NCBI GenBank assembly: GCA_965200875.1
Contig: OZ241456.1
Coordinates: 1,248,001-1,312,000 of the forward strand
Length of the DNA stretch: 64,000 nt
Reading direction: 5' to 3'
DNA from: Bdellovibrionales bacterium
GTDB lineage: Bacteria > Bdellovibrionota > Bdellovibrionia > Bdellovibrionales > UBA1609
Below the pieces are notes generated by a model, which searched no databases, had not been told where the DNA came from, and saw only the letters and a program-made list of their open reading frames with translations. How positions within the stretch are numbered: position 1 is the stretch's first letter; the number at the start of each line of letters is the position of its first letter. Below, piece after piece: positions 58,640 to 64,000 of the stretch. A program made the position numbers and the translations under genes.

Positions 58640-59788
58640 ATGAATAAAAAGGTTAACTCTACACCTCTGTTGCTCACTCCTGGTCCTGTTACAGCTCCTT
58701 CAAATGTTTTGAAACAGCTTTCTAAACCAATGATTCACCATCGTAGCCAGAAGTTTGTCAATATTTTAAAAGAAACAAAAACTTTATTAAAAATAATATT
58801 TCAAACCAAGCAGGATGTTATCATTTTAAACTCTTCTGGCACGGGTGCTATGTCCTCAGCTCTTTTAAATACACTTTCACCTAGAGACACTGTGTTAGTG
58901 CTCTCAGCCGGAAAATTCGGAGAGCGGTGGATAGAAATGGCAAAAGCCTATAAATTGAAAGTTATCTCCTTAAAAGCTCCTTGGGGTAAAGCTATTTCTG
59001 TGCAAAAAACCCATGATTTACTAAGTAAAAACCCTCAAATCAAAGCTGTTTTGGCTCAAGTTTGTGAAACCAGCACAGGAGTGTCACACCCTATTAAAGA
59101 GCTGGCCAACCTTACTAGAAAAAAATCTGACACTTTATTTATTGTAGACGCCATATCTGCTCTGGGAACTATGGATATTAAGATGGATCAATGGGGAATT
59201 GATGTAATGATAGGAGGTTCTCAAAAATCTTTTTGCCTCCCAGCGGGTATGTCTTTTATTGCTTTTTCCAAAAAAGCTTGGAAGTTTAATGAAAAAGCTC
59301 AGCTCCCCGTTTATTATTTTGATCTTAAAAAAGAAAGAAAGGCACAAGTAAAAGGACAAACCGCTTTTAGCTCCAATGTAAGCTCCATTCGCGCTTTACA
59401 CTCCTTTCTTCTGCCTTTAAAAAAGAAAGACAGCTTAAAGAAAATGATCCAAAAAAGCGAGAAATTATCTCGATTCACTTTACGATTTTGTAAAATCACA
59501 GGGCTTGATGTGTTGGCTGATTCAGCTTGCCTTACCAGTATTGCATTGCCAAAGCATATTGATGGCATAAAACTTAAAAAACAAATTGAAAAAGATTATC
59601 AAGTGTTTTTGGGAGGAGGACAAGGCCAATTAAAGGGTCGTATTATACGCGTAGGACATCTGGGAGCTATTTCCCTCAAGGATCTAAAGAAAGCCTTAAA
59701 AAGTCTTGCCCTTGTTTTACACTCTTTGGATTCCAATCTCATCAAGAAACAAGATCTGAAAAAAGCCCTTGCTGAAAGCAAGTATTAA
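58640..59788 (+). CDS. Class V PLP aminotransferase (alanine-glyoxylate/serine-pyruvate family)
   Basis: LLTPGP, SGTGAM, ETSTG, VDAIS, GSQK, IRVGHLG. Confidence 0.92.
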   Translation: MNKKVNSTPLLLTPGPVTAPSNVLKQLSKPMIHHRSQKFVNILKETKTLLKIIFQTKQDVIILNSSGTGAMSSALLNTLSPRDTVLVLSAGKFGERWIEMAKAYKLKVISLKAPWGKAISVQKTHDLLSKNPQIKAVLAQVCETSTGVSHPIKELANLTRKKSDTLFIVDAISALGTMDIKMDQWGIDVMIGGSQKSFCLPAGMSFIAFSKKAWKFNEKAQLPVYYFDLKKERKAQVKGQTAFSSNVSSIRALHSFLLPLKKKDSLKKMIQKSEKLSRFTLRFCKITGLDVLADSACLTSIALPKHIDGIKLKKQIEKDYQVFLGGGQGQLKGRIIRVGHLGAISLKDLKKALKSLALVLHSLDSNLIKKQDLKKALAESKY

Positions 59789-59798
59789 ACAATCTGAT

Positions 59799-60944
59799 CT
59801 AAAAAACTAAGTTGTTTGCAAAATATCCTTCCAGAAAAAAATCCTTTCCTATGGAGGATACTTTTACAGAATCCAAATTCAAACTTTGGGAAAGTTTTTG
59901 AATGGAAAACTCCCCAGACCAACTTTGTCCTTTTCCTATAATCCGCGGAGCCATATAACAATAAAGCCTTTGCGCTATGTTTTCTTTCAGAAACTGAGAG
60001 TGGCAAAAAGCACCTCCTTCCACTAAAACAGATTGTATCCCCTCTTCCTGATATAAGTGCTGTAAAATATCTGTTAGAGGAAAATAATTTTCGAAAGTCT
60101 TAAAAAACTTTACTTTTACCCCTATAGAGGAAACGAGTGCGTTTGTCTGAAAGGTGTTAGTCTGTGCAGAACAAATAACAATTATCTGATCTGGAAAATG
60201 AGCTTGAAACAGTTTGGACTTAGGTAAAGCCGAAAAACTTTTTCCTTTTGGATCTAAAATGATCACTTTATTTTTTTTCTCTTTAAAGCGATTTAGACGA
60301 ATATCAAGACAAGGATTATCTTTTAAAAAAGTATTCACTCCGACTAAAACCGCAGAGTGGGTGGCTCTTAAAAACCGTGCATGCTGGCGGGCTTTTTCAC
60401 TGGTGATCCACTGACTTTCTCCGGTTTTAAGTGCTGTCATTCCGTCCAGACTGATCGCTGTTTTCAAACTCACAAAAGCTTTTTTATGGAGAATGGAAAA
60501 CTTAAAAGGTGCGACCAGTTTTTCTGTTTCCTCCAGAAAATCGGAAGTTTGAGTAATTCGTACGCCTTTTTCCTGTAAATGTTTCAAACCTTTTTTTGAA
60601 GTAAAAGGATCTTCTGCTCCATAAGTTAAAGACTGAATCTGGTATTTGGCAAGCTCTCTTGAACAGGGTGGTGTTTTACCCGTATGATGACAAGGTTCCA
60701 AAGTGACAAATATCCTTGCTCCTTTTAGTTTTTTTTTGTTTGTTATTTTTTTTAAAGCCTGAATTTCCGCATGGTCGCCACCATATCTTTCGTGCCAACC
60801 ACTGGACAGGAAGTTATACTTGGAATCCAAAATTACACATCCTACGGGTGGATTAGGCTCCACCCAACCCAAACCTTTTTCCGCCAGCTTCAAGGCCAAT
60901 CGCATGGCTTGTTTTGGAGAAAGTTTTTTATTTTCTTTCACCAT
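59799..60944 (-). CDS. ribD: Riboflavin biosynthesis deaminase/reductase
   Basis: PNPPVGC, HAE, TLEPC.H.GKTPPC, SQWIT, VEGG. Confidence 0.95.
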   Translation of the reverse strand: MVKENKKLSPKQAMRLALKLAEKGLGWVEPNPPVGCVILDSKYNFLSSGWHERYGGDHAEIQALKKITNKKKLKGARIFVTLEPCHHTGKTPPCSRELAKYQIQSLTYGAEDPFTSKKGLKHLQEKGVRITQTSDFLEETEKLVAPFKFSILHKKAFVSLKTAISLDGMTALKTGESQWITSEKARQHARFLRATHSAVLVGVNTFLKDNPCLDIRLNRFKEKKNKVIILDPKGKSFSALPKSKLFQAHFPDQIIVICSAQTNTFQTNALVSSIGVKVKFFKTFENYFPLTDILQHLYQEEGIQSVLVEGGAFCHSQFLKENIAQRLYCYMAPRIIGKGQSWSGEFSIQKLSQSLNLDSVKVSSIGKDFFLEGYFANNLVF

Positions 60945-61119
60945 TTTTAAGCTCCTTCAGTTTAGGTTTTCACAGTTGTTTATACAGATAGTTGATAAGA
61001 AAAAATCATGTATTCAACAGGAGTAAAATAGTCGAGCGTGAAAAAGTTTTTACATGTACAGCTTATTGCTCATACCTCAGCACTCGGTCTCAAACATGCG
61101 TTTTGCCACATACGCGTCT

Positions 61120-62322
61120 TCACGAATTTTCAGAGTTCCAGGATCTCCAATAATCTTTAAGCTCCACTTTTGAAAGATTTTCAGAGACTTTAAGTGGGTG
61201 AAGAGAATCCACCATAACCGCGTATTCGTCTGTTTTTGTTTTTTCTTTTGCTACATGAAAAGCTCCCGGATGTGGCCCGTGCGGAAAACCACTCGGGTGC
61301 AGACTCATCATACCACTTTCCAGATTGTCTCTACTGAAAAAACCTCCAGCATGATAAAACAACACTTCATCATAGTCTATATTTTGGTGGTAAAAAGGCA
61401 CTTTCAAACTGTCTTTGTCCATCTCCAACGGACGGGGAGTAAAAGAGCAAACGACAAAATCCTGCGCCAAAAAAGTGGTGTGTACGCTGGGAGGTAAATG
61501 CGCCCGATGACTCATTACAGGCATGATTTTTTTTATATCCAATATAAAAGGAAACAGATTTCCCTTCCAGCCCACAATATCATAGATATCGCTATCGTAG
61601 GAAAAAGAGGTAATGTCTCCTAACTTTCGTACTTCAATTTCCCGGATATTCAACTTTAATTCCTTTTGCCTTTCCTGCTGAAGTTTTAAGTCCGGTTTTT
61701 GTAAATTTTGCAGATCATACACTGCATGTTTTCCAAGCATTCCTCTTTCCGGTTCTCGAAAATATCCCTTCCGACTTTCAATCACAAAAAACTCAGAATC
61801 CTGTTTAAAGAGAAAAGAATGTGTAAGGCATTTTGGCATGACAATGTAATAACCTTTATGAAAAGGCAAGAGACCATACTCCGTAAAAATCTCTCCTTCT
61901 CCTTTATGGCAAAAATAAATTAAATCTCCGTCTGCGTTTCTAAAGCCTTTTATTTTGTTTAAGTCCTGAGATTTTTCACAGATTAAATAAAAAATTTGCA
62001 AACATGAATTATAAACCAAACTTTGCCAACCTTTTTCAGGGAAGGCACTTTGTTCTGGTTTTTTTATGCTGTTTTCTGGGGCTACTGAGAGGTTTTGTGG
62101 TTCAGAACTTTCCAAACCAGTTTGGTGTAACAGATGGTTTAAGTTGTACATTCTGGGTTTAAGAGAACCTTTAATATTTTTCCAACGAGCACTGGGTGCT
62201 TTTCTAACCAAGTGAGAAACCGGTCCGTAAAAACCATCTCTCCCCTGCTCCTCTTCGTAACATCCTTCCTGAATGCCCTTATGAGCTTGAGAGTGGACTT
62301 TTCCTTGCCAATAATGGTGCAT
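61120..62322 (-). CDS. hmgA: Homogentisate 1,2-dioxygenase
   Basis: NADGD, HLPPSVH, PFYH.N.D.DEV, HGPHP; downstream of hppD. Confidence 0.88.
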   Translation of the reverse strand: MHHYWQGKVHSQAHKGIQEGCYEEEQGRDGFYGPVSHLVRKAPSARWKNIKGSLKPRMYNLNHLLHQTGLESSEPQNLSVAPENSIKKPEQSAFPEKGWQSLVYNSCLQIFYLICEKSQDLNKIKGFRNADGDLIYFCHKGEGEIFTEYGLLPFHKGYYIVMPKCLTHSFLFKQDSEFFVIESRKGYFREPERGMLGKHAVYDLQNLQKPDLKLQQERQKELKLNIREIEVRKLGDITSFSYDSDIYDIVGWKGNLFPFILDIKKIMPVMSHRAHLPPSVHTTFLAQDFVVCSFTPRPLEMDKDSLKVPFYHQNIDYDEVLFYHAGGFFSRDNLESGMMSLHPSGFPHGPHPGAFHVAKEKTKTDEYAVMVDSLHPLKVSENLSKVELKDYWRSWNSENS

Positions 62323-62348
62323 TTTTACACTCCCTTCATACTCACTTT

Positions 62349-63422
62349 TTAAGTGATATAGCCTCTTTGTATTTGATCTTGTTCAATCGCGTCAAAAAGA
62401 GCTTGAAAATTTCCTTCTCCAAAACCATCATGATTATATCTTCTGATTAACTCATAAAACACGGGGCCTATAACATTTTTGGTAAAAATCTGAAGCAGAT
62501 AACCTGTTTCATCTCCATCCGCTAGGATTTTATTTTCCTGCAAATCGTTTAGGTTATTTTTTACTTGAGGCACTCTTTTTGGAAGATTTTCATAATAGAT
62601 GTCCGGTACATCCAAAAAATTAATGCCTTTGGCTCTAAGTTTCTTTACGGAATCCACAATATCTTCAGATGTTAAAGCGATATGTTGAATACCTGGCCCC
62701 TTGTATTCCTCTAAAAATTCCTGGATTTGTGATTTCTTTCCTCTTTCTCCTTGAGCAGGCTCATTAATGGGAATGGTGATTGTATTGCAGGGAGAGCGCA
62801 TCACCTTTGAAACAAGGCCGGTTTTACTTCCCTTAATATCAAAATAGCGTCTTTCTGTAAAATTAAAAACCTCCTGGTAAAAATCACACCACTTTTGCAT
62901 ATCTCCCACCTGCACATTATGGGTGAGATGATCCACCGACAACAACCCTGATGATTCTTTCGCCGGATGAGATGAACCCTTTGATCCTGCTTGAATGTCA
63001 GCAGACAAAATGTCAAATTCTTTTTCAAAATGAGAAGTATTTTTTTCCACGAAGTAAATCAGAGATTCGCCCACTCCATATATGGCTGGAAAGCTATGGC
63101 TTTGTTTATCAGGAGGTACGGCTTTAGCACCTTTGGAACAAGCATATTCAAAAGCTTTCTGAGCAGAGTGAACACAAAAACCCAAAGCGCAAACAGAAGG
63201 CCCATGCTGAGAGGAAAAATTTTCCGCAAAAGTGTTTTTTCCTTTATTTAAAATAAAACAGGTATGTCCTTGTGAAAATAAATCCACTTGTTTGCTCTTG
63301 TGTTTACCCTTTTGAACAAAGCCCATAGACTTCCAAAGCTGAGCCAGCTTTTCCGGTTCGGGACTGCTGTACTCAATAAAACCAATTCCGTTTAATCCTG
63401 CCGGATTTTCTTTTGCGTTCAT
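62349..63422 (-). CDS. hppD: 4-hydroxyphenylpyruvate dioxygenase
   Basis: DHLTHNV, IPINE, GIQHIAL, LLQIFT, GFGEGNF.ALF. Confidence 0.96.
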   Translation of the reverse strand: MNAKENPAGLNGIGFIEYSSPEPEKLAQLWKSMGFVQKGKHKSKQVDLFSQGHTCFILNKGKNTFAENFSSQHGPSVCALGFCVHSAQKAFEYACSKGAKAVPPDKQSHSFPAIYGVGESLIYFVEKNTSHFEKEFDILSADIQAGSKGSSHPAKESSGLLSVDHLTHNVQVGDMQKWCDFYQEVFNFTERRYFDIKGSKTGLVSKVMRSPCNTITIPINEPAQGERGKKSQIQEFLEEYKGPGIQHIALTSEDIVDSVKKLRAKGINFLDVPDIYYENLPKRVPQVKNNLNDLQENKILADGDETGYLLQIFTKNVIGPVFYELIRRYNHDGFGEGNFQALFDAIEQDQIQRGYIT

Positions 63423-63566
63423 TATTTTTTCCTCCGTTACTTTCTTCTGTGACTTTCCACGCTCATTGCTTCACGAACTGCACAGTATTGGAAATTTATC
63501 AAATGTTTGTTAAAAAAGTCAATCTCATATCTAACCTGATTAAAGGAATATGAGTTATATAAAATA

Positions 63567-64000
63567 TTATATTCCAGAAGGCACATCAAAATCACATTCA
63601 TGCAAATATCCTTTTTCTTCAAATAAAACCAAACGCTTTCTGTATTTTTTTAAAAACTCCTGATAATTTTTTGTTCGTCTGAAGCTTTTAAGCTGGCCCT
63701 TTGCAACCAATATTTTAAGAACCTCGTCCTGTTCTTTCGCTAAGTCTTCCCACTCCTCCCAAGGAATGCGTTTATTTCCAAAAAAATGGCAACAACTATA
63801 TATATATTCCTGAAAATACTTATATATTGATAAAAAATCACAATACTTTTTTTTGTAATCTTGATCTCCTAATCTACTGACTATAATCCAAGCCAAGCAA
63901 ATTAATTTCTCTCTTTTTTTGCGACTCCATTTTAGATTTAAAAGAGATAATAACACCTTGTCATTTGTAAAAATATGTCTATCATTTTGTTTAAAAAACT
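63567..64000 (-). CDS. Hypothetical protein, probably 5'-truncated by the window edge
   Basis: Frame of 63567-63956 stays open to the end of the window. Confidence 0.5.
   Translation of the reverse strand, partial: FFKQNDRHIFTNDKVLLSLLNLKWSRKKREKLICLAWIIVSRLGDQDYKKKYCDFLSIYKYFQEYIYSCCHFFGNKRIPWEEWEDLAKEQDEVLKILVAKGQLKSFRRTKNYQEFLKKYRKRLVLFEEKGYLHECDFDVPSGI

Noticed and set aside
63437..63622. 61-aa ORF as a frameshifted continuation of the last gene
   Set aside because: No motif or homology evidence visible to link them.

Overview
AT-rich bacterial chromosome segment. Gene content and order (gspE-N with a PilM-like GspL, fab cluster-rpiB-glyA, hppD-hmgA, several pilins) suggest a Bdellovibrionota-like organism; this is inference only. 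0-9 kb is accessory: an Rpn nuclease with an internal start, four pentapeptide-repeat paralogues with a poly-C-spacer promoter, and a tightly coupled five-gene minus-strand operon. That operon encodes a two-domain ubiquitin-like protein, an E2-like protein, a JAB-E1 fusion, an ABC-type ATPase and a PIN-like protein, and is the best candidate for an undescribed system. 9-13.7 kb holds mscS, sucA, tRNA-Lys and tRNA-Glu. 13.7-26.4 kb is a defence island: an IS2-like-disrupted R-M gene, a RelE/XRE pair, TIR+caspase (type IV Thoeris-like), SIR2-HerA and XRE-ImmA/DUF4411, punctuated by a ~122-bp MITE-like repeat with ATTCCC-N8-GGGAAT palindromes. 26.5-51.4 kb is core genome (antiporter, pilin, T2SS, grx, purKE, fab, rpiB, glyA, thrS, AUU-initiated infC). 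51.4-55.9 kb is a pilin cluster with Cys-rich extensions, including a ~830-codon gene split by one frameshift. 56-64 kb holds an ATPase, an aminotransferase, ribD, hmgA and hppD. All calls come from motif recognition by eye; no searches were run.
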